From Vicugna vicugna (lineage: Eukaryota), in assembly GCA_013265495.1 (NCBI GenBank), contig MU059758.1, forward strand, positions 3,491,067 to 3,555,066: DNA of 64,000 nt, written 5' to 3'. How positions within the stretch are numbered: position 1 is the first letter of the stretch; each line of letters starts with the position of its first letter. Below, piece by piece: positions 13,583 to 57,092 of this stretch. Below the pieces are notes generated by a model, which saw nothing but the letters and a program-made list of their open reading frames with translations, searched no databases and was not told where the DNA came from. A program made the position numbers and the translations under genes.

Positions 13583-13778
13583 TCTTTTACCTCTTTTTTT
13601 TTTTAAAGGAGGAGTAGGGGAATTGTGAATAACGAATGAAATAGCAAATGAATATTCAGTATAGACAAATTAGGAGTTGTATGTAGAACAAATCTTTTAC
13701 CTCTTTAGGAAGAATGGTGGAACTAGGAATAATGAATGAAGTGACTTAACACAGGCAAATTAAGAGTTGCATACAGAC
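13583..13778. repeat. Diverged two-copy tandem duplication, period about 110 bp
   Basis: TCTTTTACCTCTTT at 13583 and 13693, followed in both copies by gaataa(c/t)gaatgaa and caaatta(g/a)gagttg(t/c)at. Confidence 0.8.
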
Positions 13779-15149
13779 TTTGAAAGCCAGAATGAAGACA
13801 GGCGCTGCACTGGGAGGCCGGGGAAGAAACAAGCCCTCTGGCTGGGCCAGTGCCGAGGACACAGCCACAGAAGTGGTCCAGGTTCCAGAACCAGATTGTA
13901 CTCGTACTTAGAGATCATTCAGTGGACACAGAGCTGCGTACAGTCTGACTCTATATAAACGCTGGAAAAATACCCAGATTCAAGGGCAGTGTTATTTTAG
14001 AGTCAACTTCCTGAAGAACCAAGAAAAAGTAAGGAACGACTTGAAAACCTCAACTGAAGGTTGGGTTTGTGGTGAGTAGGAAGGACCACGGGCGGATCAG
14101 GAGTCCAGAATGGAACAGGATCCTTGGCGTCACGTAGTCTCTTGCCTTTTGATTTGTGTCTGAAACTTGTAACTTCCTGCTCTACGCCAGCGAGAAGAGC
14201 TCAGTATGCGTGCTTTAATGATGCTTAAAGTGACGTTTCAGTATTGAAATTACTCTGTGCTGTGAAGTTCCTGGGGAGAAATGTAAGAAGACCTCTGCAA
14301 GGGAGAGGGGTTAGAGATGGGAGGATGAAGCAGGGGCCCGCGGGTTTCTGTGTTTCATCTTTTGCTCTGAGTTCATGGCCAGCCATGAGAACGAACAGAC
14401 TTTTTATTAAAATACTGTCTTGTATGCGATGCCTGCTGGAGTCTGGTGCTTTGTCTCGTCTGTCCTCGCAGTGGTTGTTGAGTTTAGCCCCCGTTGGCTA
14501 TGTTGCTATGTGACGCTGGGTTCCCCAGCCCGTTAGCTCTGAGGCCCAGCTCCCTTCCCCCGATTCTTTCTTACCTCTTTATTTGAGAAATTCAAAAACT
14601 AGAACTCTGTGGGAAGAAAAAAAGTAGAGACAGGATTCCCTGCTTTGACATAGGGGACTGTGGTCACCCTACATGTTGCCAGGGGAAGGCTGAAGAGAGA
14701 GGAGTTCAGACTGAGAATTACAGATAAACACGGATCATGAATCTGGCAATAATTAAAATAACGAAATGTGGCATATGACTTGGTCTTAAGTGAGTAAGAA
14801 AAGATATCAGTATCCAATAGTAGCAGGTACTTGAATGGGGCTGAAGAAAAAAATTCTGGTTATATATTTTGCTTGAAAACTGAATGAATAAATATTTAGT
14901 ATTTTGTGATAGAATGTGTATAACTAGGTTTATCTTTCTCCCTCCCCGACGGTATCTCACGCTGGAGAGAAACACCTAGCGACCAGTGGTATTTTAGAGG
15001 ACTCTGTCCTGATTTTAATTAAGATGGTCTCTCAGACTCTGTGACAAGTGATGCCAGTCCCTTCTGCTGGTACCACTGCACCCCCTCCACCTAGTTGTGA
15101 TGCTGTCTGCCAGGACCAGGCCTGCTACCCGGGTGTTCATTTTTTGTTA

Positions 15150-15315
15150 TAGTTAACTGGCCCTATTGCAGAGGGTCATTTTTACCCCTGTTTTACAGAG
15201 GAGGAACATGGTGTCCAGAAAAGGTTGAGGAAGGGGCCCGAGGGCACCCTCATTGCATGGTGGAGTGGGGCTTCCCTCCTGGCTCCTGACTCCTGACTCC
15301 AGTGCCCTCTCTGGG
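15150..15315 (-). mobile_element. MIR fragment, antisense
   Basis: cccctgttttacagaggaggaaca...ccagaaaaggtt...cctgactccagtgcc. Confidence 0.6.
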
Positions 15316-16247
15316 CACCGTTACACAGTATTTAAGTATCTTAATATGGGAATTAAAGGAACTCATGAAAAAATAGTGTTTTTTTAATGTTTCTCCTTTA
15401 GAATATCAATGAATTTTAATCAGAAAAATACTGATACTGTAGAAAAGTAGAGAAAGGCGAGCTCATTATTTTTAGCAGCTCAGACCATCAGCAAGTAGGG
15501 AAATATGTATTTCATGTGCAGCTCGTGCTGTGAGAGCCTGTAAATAGGGGATGTGTGTTTTGTGGGTCGTGTGTGTGTCTCCGTTGGTCAGCTTTCTTTC
15601 ACCCACTGCTGACCCACGTTACCTCCTGGGAAGAGCAGTTGAATTTACCCCATCCAAGGCACGTGTTGGACTTCAGGTCTAGTGCTGCCGGACTTGACTA
15701 CCCAGCTGTTGAGTGTGGTGCCTTATCTCATAGCGGCAGAGGTAGAGAAATAACGTCATGTCTGTGTTTGCCTCTAGTAAAGATTTGGAGTAGTTTTTTC
15801 ACATCATTAAAACTTCTTTTGCTATTTTTAAACTAAAATGGTTATCTGAAGTCAGTTGGGTTTTTCCAGTGAGGAGAGGAAAGGATGATTGCAAATGTGT
15901 ACTAAGTGCCCGCAGGGTCTGACTCTGCACTGCTTAGATGCTTTGATAGGGAGACTTGCCAGTGCCTTTCCTTTCACTATTGATACAACAAAGAATGTGC
16001 TGAGTTTTGTCCTTCCTTATGTTTTATAGACCCTTCACTATTGGTGCTTTTTAACTGGCCAGTCTCCCTCTTACAGCATAAGTCCTCACGCTTGACACTG
16101 CTGCCCAGACACTGGCTCTCATGAGGGCTGCTGCCTCCTCAGTGCGGGGTGGGAGGGTGGGGGCCACAGTCCTTTTTAGTGCAGTGTCACCCAGCGTCTT
16201 TGAAAAGCAGCTGCCCTCTCTTCCCACCTGACCACTGCCCAGCCACT

Positions 16248-16288
16248 TGCGTGCATGCGCACGCGCGCGCACACACACACACACACAC
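16248..16288. repeat. Compound (CG)n/(CA)n microsatellite; 41-bp alternating purine-pyrimidine tract
   Basis: tgcgtgcatgcgcacgcgcgcgcacacacacacacacacac read directly. Confidence 0.95.
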
Positions 16289-17542
16289 CTTGAAGGAACC
16301 CTTCCCTAGCTCTCGTGGCCATTTCTTCCTTCATGTGCTCAGACTGTCTCCGCTTCTCTTCACAATGGGAATGTTTGCTGCAGTCACAGCTCACCTAACG
16401 GCAACTTCGCCTGCTGTCTGGCCAAACCCACCCCCTCGCCCCCACCCGTTCCAGAACACAGACAACAATGACAGAACTGGCGTGCAGAGCCCAGATGACT
16501 GGGCCCTTTCTTTGTGGAGTCAGAATATTACTGCCTGACGTAATGTTCCCTGAGGCTGTCACTTAACTGCAGGGACGGGGTAATTGATGTTCATAATGAT
16601 TTCCCTGAGCCATTAAGAAAAGCATCTTTAATGTCCTCAAGATCTCAGGCTTTAAAGAGAGTTCCATCCAGATTGGTCTCTTAAAGGAAGATGTGGTGCA
16701 TAAATTATTTACCTTTTGCTGCTCACTCGTGGGGGCGGGCGCTGTCTGCCTGGGCTGTTCCATTCCTGGTAGGGGTTAGAGTCTGCATGCTCTCTGCTGT
16801 TGAGGCATGGATTTCTTGAAAGGGAGAGTTGTTCTAGATCAGGAAACTCCAGCCTAAGAAAGGCCTGATTCTGTATGGAGGCCCTTAATTTTAAACTCCT
16901 CAGGGAACAGAAGCTCTGCCTTCTTACGAAACGGCGAGTCTTGACGGATTTTATAACACTTGGACGTGTTCCCATGCTTTCTCTGTCTTCTTGCTCATCC
17001 GCAGCCCTGGCCGTGGAATGGAGGGGCAGGTGGATGAGCAGGCCTCGATCATAATGAAAGTCAGTAGTTACAGGGCTGGAGATGCAAGGACCCGGGCCTG
17101 CCCGCCTCACAGTGGTATGGGCTTTGGAGGAGTGGGGCAGGAGCCCCGTGTCTCCCTGACTCCTGCTCCTTTGGAAGGAGGTGCTTAAAAGACTGAGTTC
17201 CCTCCTGAAGTGCTCTGAGCATCTCTCTCCCAAGTTAATGATGTGGTTTCTGCCTTAAATGGCTCACGGGTTGCTGTCTGGGTGACACGCCCTCTCTGTC
17301 TGGTTGCGTTCTGGAGTTTTTGCAGGCACCTCCTGGAAAAGAGTGGGGTCTGGTTTGGGGTCTGCAGGGCAAAGCTAGTTCAGCTGGTCTCCATCTTTGG
17401 GGTGGATGGACATCGAGCCTGAGGAATAGCCGTTGTTGCATAGCCCGGTGCTGGGCTCATGCCATTCATCCAGTGGTCGTGTTGGTTCCATATTTGCTCT
17501 TTAAAATAAGGGAATATAAGGGGGAATTGGAGGTGAAAATTA

Positions 17543-17860
17543 TTTTTAAAGACTTAATTTTATTTAGAGTAGTTTTAGGTTCACAGCAAAATTGAGAGGG
17601 AGCAGTACAGAGATTTCTCATGTACCCCTGTTCATCACAAAGCCACATAAATGCCCCCCTGATCCACCCCCCACCCTCAGTCAGAATGGTTCAGTTGTTT
17701 AAACTGATGGACGTGCATTGGCACATCATAGTCGCTCACCTTACATGAGGGCTCACTCTTGCTGTCGTACATTTTATGAGTTTGGACAAATACCTGGTGA
17801 CATAAATCCGTCAGTATAGTGTCGTACAGAGTACTTTCACTGCCCCCCAAATCCTCTGTG
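17543..17860 (-). mobile_element. Old L1M (L1MC-like) 3' UTR fragment, antisense
   Basis: tttaggttcacagcaaaattgag...gtacagagatttctcatgtacc...gggctcactcttgctgtcgtacatttt...tttcactgccccccaaatcctctgtg matches the recalled antisense L1M 3' end; subfamily uncertain. Confidence 0.75.
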
Positions 17861-18554
17861 GACTGTGTAGTCCGGAAAGGACACGAGGACTTGAATTTGG
17901 GCTTTTTCGTACAAGTGTGGAGAGTGATTTTTCAACATTCAAAATGCATAAAAAGCACTAGAGACTGGGTTAAAAAGCCATGGATTCTTGCACCCCACTT
18001 AGAGAATTCACATATTTGGGTCTGAATCATTAAGTCCTCCCCTTTTCCCCTGGCTGTTGCGGCCTGCACACCTGTCCCTTTTGGGATTTGGTAACGATGA
18101 CTTACAGCTCAAGGGGTCGGCATCCTGTCCTTTGATGTCCTCAGGTCTTTTGGGCAGTCCTTGCAGGTCCGGCTGCAGCCTTCACAGGAGTCTTTACCAC
18201 TGGCCCCACAGTGATGTTCCCTCTAACTGCACCTTCAAAAGCACTTTGTGTCACTCAGAGGAGCTGGCTTCACACTGTCCTGTTTCCTAAGTGTTTTTGC
18301 TACAGAGTACATTGTTTCTCTGTCACCAGGTAATGCTGCTTCTTGTGAATTGCTTTATACCCCTCTAAGTCACAGGCTTCCCGAAGGCAGGTGTATGTGT
18401 GTGGGCTCCCCTCAGCAGTGTAGGATCGGTCCCAGCCACTGGTTAAATGCAGTCAGCCTTCAGTTTACTGAGGGCATTGATGAGTTTTGCTCTTAAGTAG
18501 ATAGAAAGCCAGTTTCAGGCAGTTAAAAGTTTTGTTTCAGATTTAACTCAGCAG

Positions 18555-18654
18555 GCGGGGAAGGAAGTAACTCAGTGGTAGCGCACATGCTTAGCATGCA
18601 TGAGGTCCTGGGTTTGATCCCCAGTACCTCCATTTAAAAAAAACCAAACTGTTA
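18555..18654 (+). mobile_element. tRNA-Ala(AGC)-derived SINE, short form (camelid Vic-1-like)
   Basis: tRNA-like body ctcagtggtagcgcacatgcttagcatgcatgaggtcctgggtttgatccccagtacctcc, A-rich tail, and a 10-bp target-site duplication AACTCAGCAG at 18545-18554 and 18655-18664. The family name is from recall, not a search. Confidence 0.85.
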
Positions 18655-19029
18655 AACTCAGCAGAAAGCAAAAGCATTCTGATTTCCAATATTTATTGGA
18701 AGGAATCTGAAATAAAGGAAGAAACAAACAAAAGCTACTTTGAGTTTCCAAGAGCCATGGGTGTGGGGCTGACTCCTGTCACGTGCCTGCCCTGGAGAAC
18801 TCCTCCTTCGGGGTGTTCTGTCATTGACTTTTCTGATTTCTCGTGGGAGAGCAAAGGCCAGGGATTGGAAATAAGTTTTTATTATTGGTTACTGTATTGC
18901 CATGTTTGATTATAATCACTTAAAATACTCAAGTTGTAGAACAGTATCCTTCGCAGTCCCTCTGTAAGTTGATTAGCTAGGACATTAGTGGTCATTGCTC
19001 TCCGAAGGGCCATACCCTGTTACAGGGAA

Positions 19030-19172
19030 CAGGTCTGTGTGTGAATCTTGAGCCGGTTGACTTCACGTGCTCAGAGCGTCAGTTTCTCCACCTATAAAAT
19101 GGGGACATTCGTTCACATACTGGGTTGTGTGCGGAGTAAAAGATAATGCATACAGAATGCTTTGTTCACTAA
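19030..19172 (+). mobile_element. MIR fragment
   Basis: tcagtttctccacctataaaatgggga...gggttgtgtg...agataatgcatacag. Confidence 0.65.
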
Positions 19173-20118
19173 ATGTCCCAGTAGTGAGGACATCACAGTG
19201 CCCTGTTCCCTGTTCTCACAGCACGTCTTCAGGCCTAGAGTGCTTCCCTGGTGTCACCAGGGCCATGCTTGCTGGTGTTCAGGCTGTCAGCGTGCACCCC
19301 CTCCCTTGTGGAGGGAAGAAAACACCTGTTATTCCATAGTCGTGTTTACCTGCCACACCGAGTGTCACAGACTCCAGATCCCCTGCTCTGACCTTCTGTC
19401 CATTCTCCCTCAGGCTGGATGGGGACGGCACTCTCGCTGCATGCACCTGCTCGCAGGGCCCCTAGCCCTAATGAGACTGGGCGGCAGAGGTGGGGCTGGA
19501 CGTTTTTGATCAAATAGCTGGTGATTGGACCCTCTCTTAGGACTGGAGCCTAAATTAAGGGCTCTAACCTTTGTTTCTTTGATTTATTGTACCCCCTCTT
19601 AAATTTCCTCTTGTGCGTGAGACCCCCAGAATTGGCTTATCGCTAGGTGTACTTATTCATCAGGTGCATTTTGATGGAGTTGTGGGGGCTCTGGGTAAAG
19701 ATGATGCCACGTGACCCAGCTCCCTAGTACTTGGCAGTAGTAGAAAGTTAGGACCCTCGCCATCTTTTTCTCTAGGGATTTGAAAGCTGCCTTTGATGCT
19801 GTTTCTTCTGCCGTTAGGCTCCTTTCTGTGGCTCAGGGACAGACTTCATTAGATGCAGACAGACAGACAACCACAATGCCCTGCATTTAAAAACCATGTG
19901 GTGTGATGTTTTTCCCCTCCTTGGAGCTTGTGTCCTGAATGTAATGAATGCATATTTACAAACTCAAGTCGGCAATTTTGACTCAGAAACATGAGGGAGA
20001 GTTGAAAACTAGGGCTTTTTCTTAGCCTGGATGTCTGCCAAGGATAGTTTGCATTTTCCTTTTAAAAAGGGAAACATGCATTTTCCTCATTTAAAGACTA
20101 AAAAGGAGTCAGGCGCCA

Positions 20119-20154
20119 TGAAGTTTGCTCCCCTGAAGTTTGCTCCGCTGAAGT
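20119..20154. repeat. 15-bp tandem repeat, 2.4 copies (TGAAGTTTGCTCC[C/G]C)
   Basis: tgaagtttgctcccc tgaagtttgctccgc tgaagt. Confidence 0.85.
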
Positions 20155-23100
20155 GGCAGTGCCGGCAGTGTGTGCGAGTCTGACTTCGTCAGAGGTAACC
20201 TGACTGCCCCAAGTCTCAGTACGAGGTCTTGCTTTGTCTGCTCACCCTTGGAGATCGTCGAGGGGAAGTAATTTGGGCTGTTCTTCAGGACTTCAGTGGC
20301 AGGCATTTGACCAGTTTGTGGAAACAGTGGGAGCTCATCTCTTGTATTTTACATGACTGTAAACTGTGGGGGGCGATCCCGTGGCCCTGGCAGCTTGGGT
20401 GGGTGGCTTCGCACAGTCCGATGCAGCTTCTCCGTGCGGGGGAGCAGGACTGTGACCTGCCTTGTTGCCCTCGTAGGACCTTTGGGGACCTCTTGAGGAA
20501 ATAGCTGTGGGTGGTATTTGGGGGGTTCTCATCGTTGGATGTCTCCTAAGTACACTGATGTTTGCTGGGATCCTCATGAATAAAGCCAGCTGTGGGCCTG
20601 CAGTCTCTGCCTGGTGGCATTTCAGAACGCTGGGAAGCGCAGACAGCAGGACAAGAGGGTCGAGTTCACAAGTGGAAGTAGGGTATGTGTATTTAATACT
20701 GACCAGGCCATTTACTTCCGAGAGGATGACACAGTGGAAAGAACATTCCTGTGAAGACTGAGTCTCTGGTTTCTCTGTGTGCAGCCGGGAGTCTTGGTGA
20801 CACGGGCTGCTGGGTTCAGGATTGGGGATGAGAGTGGTCCTGCTACCCCGTGTCGTGAAGCACCGTTGCGGGACGGGTGGCGTCAGGACAGGATGGCACA
20901 GGACGTGTAGTCGCCAGACTTGCATGGACAATGCCTGGGCCTTTAGCCTGAGTCTAGAGCCAGTGCGGTTGGTGGCGACTGTGTGTGACTTCTTAGGCAG
21001 CTTCCTGTTTTAAATTTAAATTTAAACCGACCAGATTCTGGAAGACCTGGTATGCTGGCATTCGAGGAGACAGTGCCCTGGCATGGCTGTCTTCCAGCAC
21101 GGAGATCATGACTGGCTGTTGGCTCCCATTCCGCCCCCTTCAGTGAGGGAGACTCGTGTTCTGTGTGCACCGATAGTGAATCCACGGCCCTCCGCCTTCA
21201 CGCCGCCAGCCAGCTGCTGGGTCTCCAGAGCGCACCTGTGGCCTTGAGTTCAGGTGTGGACAGAGGGACAGAAGGAAGCTTCCTCTGTTATGTAAATGTC
21301 TGTGCAGGTTTTTCCATTGGCCTGTGGGTTCTCTTGATCTGGAAGGATGGGAAGGGCCAGCCTGTCAGATACTCGGGCCCCCACCTCACCGACTCGCTCC
21401 CAGCACTGCCTGCCCTCTTGAAAGGAGAGGGAGCCGGGGCAGCGCTCGGGACATTTTCTCTCATCCCTTGGTTCTGTGGGTGAGACGTCTGCTGTCGTAA
21501 TTCGGAGGTAACCCCACCGCAGGGGGAGTAACAGGTGTGTGTGGCCAGACTTGAGGGTGGGCTGGGTGCCCAGGAGCTGCCCTGGGTGTCCCTTACGTGG
21601 AAAGTACCGGAGGGTTCCTCTGTCCTCTTAAGTTCTGCTCCTTCTTCTTGAATTCTAAGGAAATTATAATTTGGCTTCACAACTGTGTTGCTTGGCAGGC
21701 TCGGTTATCTGGTTGCTCGATTCTGTGCTCATAAATTCATCCTCTGTCGCCAGTGGAGGGAAACACGGTTCATCTGTTTTTTCATTACCAGGGCTGTGCT
21801 GGACCCTGTCCCCTGCACTGGTCCTTGCCCCTGTGACGAGGGCAGTGCTGTCACCCCCACACTGAGTGAGGGAGACGCCATGCGGATGAGCCTAGTTGAG
21901 GGACCGGCCCGTGCCCAGACAAGGGGGTGTCAGCCCCCTGGGTGGCCTGTGGGGACCAAGCTCAGGAGGAGCTGAGGTTTCAGAGCCCGTAACACACACG
22001 GGTGGAAACTTTAAATGAGCGAGTCTGAGGTGGACACTATCAGAAGATACCGAGTCTCGGATACACAGGTAGTAAGACTGGCAGTAAGAGCCGGAAACAC
22101 GGGAGCCGTGTGATGTCAGTGTGTCGCTGCTGTCCCTACACAGAGCTGGGTTCCTTTCTGTGTGTCTGTGAGCTGGGGCTGCTCCATGTGTCAGACAGCC
22201 GTGCTGGGTGCTGGGTGGTGGCAGGCGGGACAGTGCACTCTCTCAGGGCTATGGGTCACGCAGCAGTGAATGCAGGGGCAGTGCACACTGCTCTCCGGGG
22301 CCGTGCAGGGTGCTGGACATGTGATGAGCGGGCAGGAGAGGGCGGTGGAGGTGCCTGTCCGGCCTGTTGATGCGTGGAGCCTGGGGACGGGGCAGGAGGG
22401 CGAGCTTCCCTGGACACAGCCCACTGGGGTTGCCCTCCCTGCCACGGAAGCATCACTTCTTCAGGCTGACTGACCACAGGTGTGCGTGATGCGGCCGCAC
22501 GTCCGAAGACAAGGAGGGTGGCTCATAGGGGCGCGTTGTGGGGCGCAGGTGTCTGCAGGTGGGTGAGATGGGAACGAGGTTCCCGGACTGTGGGTTTTAT
22601 TTGTCCCGCTTCCCTGTATCAGGCTGTTGCACAGCCCTGCAGGCGAGCTGCTGGCGTTGCTGGATTCCATCCCGCCATGACCACGCAGAGTTGAGACGTG
22701 GTTGTAATTCAGGGTCATTTTCATGCAGTTGTTTTGCCCCAGCTGTACTTCCGTACCAGCTTTCCTGAATAAATGGAGCGTTCTCAGATTTCAGGTTCTG
22801 AGGTTCCTAATGCTTTTCATCATGGGGCCGCAACAGGCGGGCTGTCAGAAACTGTGGGGCTGGTCTTTCTGTTTGACATTTGTTGCAGAAAGATGGTTTT
22901 CCACAGAGTCCTTAAGGAGATCGTGCTCACGCTATCTGGGTAGCTGGTGCCCGTCTGAGAAGGGACCAGGGGGCCAGACGAGCACTGCAGGGGGCGGACA
23001 CAGAAACAGACTGTTAGTAACTAAGTCCAGAGCTCCGCATCTGGGCCAGAGGATGACGACGTCACATTTGTTAGAAATACTAGTGATAATAAAGGGATAA

Positions 23101-23663
23101 CTTTATAACTTCTAGGTCCTAGGCCAGGCTCTCTTTGTGCACCCCCTTCATTCCGAGTAAGTATACACCAGCCTCCCTACATGGGGACCACAAGAAAGCG
23201 TCAAAGAGGACTCTGAGTGTAAGTCTTGTAAAATCAAGTAGTGGGTATTGGGAGTACACTAGGGAAATAGGACTGTTACCCATTCTTGACAGTGTCTACC
23301 CTTTTTTTTGGTCATTTTCTTCACATGGAGCATTGAGAAGGGAAGACCAGTCAACCTGAGGTACAGAAGGAAACACTAAGTTGTTCAGATTGAGAGGTCA
23401 TGATGCATAAATTAAACCCAGAAAAGAAAGAGGGAACTGATTCTTTGTCAGAACTCACTTCCTCTGTTAATTGTTTGGTTTATGAAGTATGGTTCACAGG
23501 TCTCACAGACCAGCAGAACCGTGTTGCCCCGTTGGAGAGCATGGGGCAGTTCCACCCCTTGTGGGAGAGAGTGTAGAAGAGACGATGTGTTGCGTCCTCG
23601 CCCTCCCTCTGATGACTGTGCACAACAGCAGTGCTGATTCTCTTCCTTTTTTCTGTTTTTCAG

Positions 23664-57092
<33,429 letters not shown>

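Larger units (their letters stand above)
1..23663 (+). other. MAP4K4: 3' part of MAP4K4 intron 2 (exons 1-2 lie upstream of the window)
   Basis: No [22 protein letters not shown]-coding segment was found upstream of exon 3; the region is repeat-rich non-coding sequence. Intron 2 is known to be very long in mammalian MAP4K4. Confidence 0.85.

Noticed and set aside
18555-18632. Possible tRNA-Ala(AGC) genes (here, 39164-39234 and 48675-48749)
   Set aside because: Acceptor-stem and box mismatches, A-rich tails and target-site duplications mark them as SINEs rather than functional tRNA genes.
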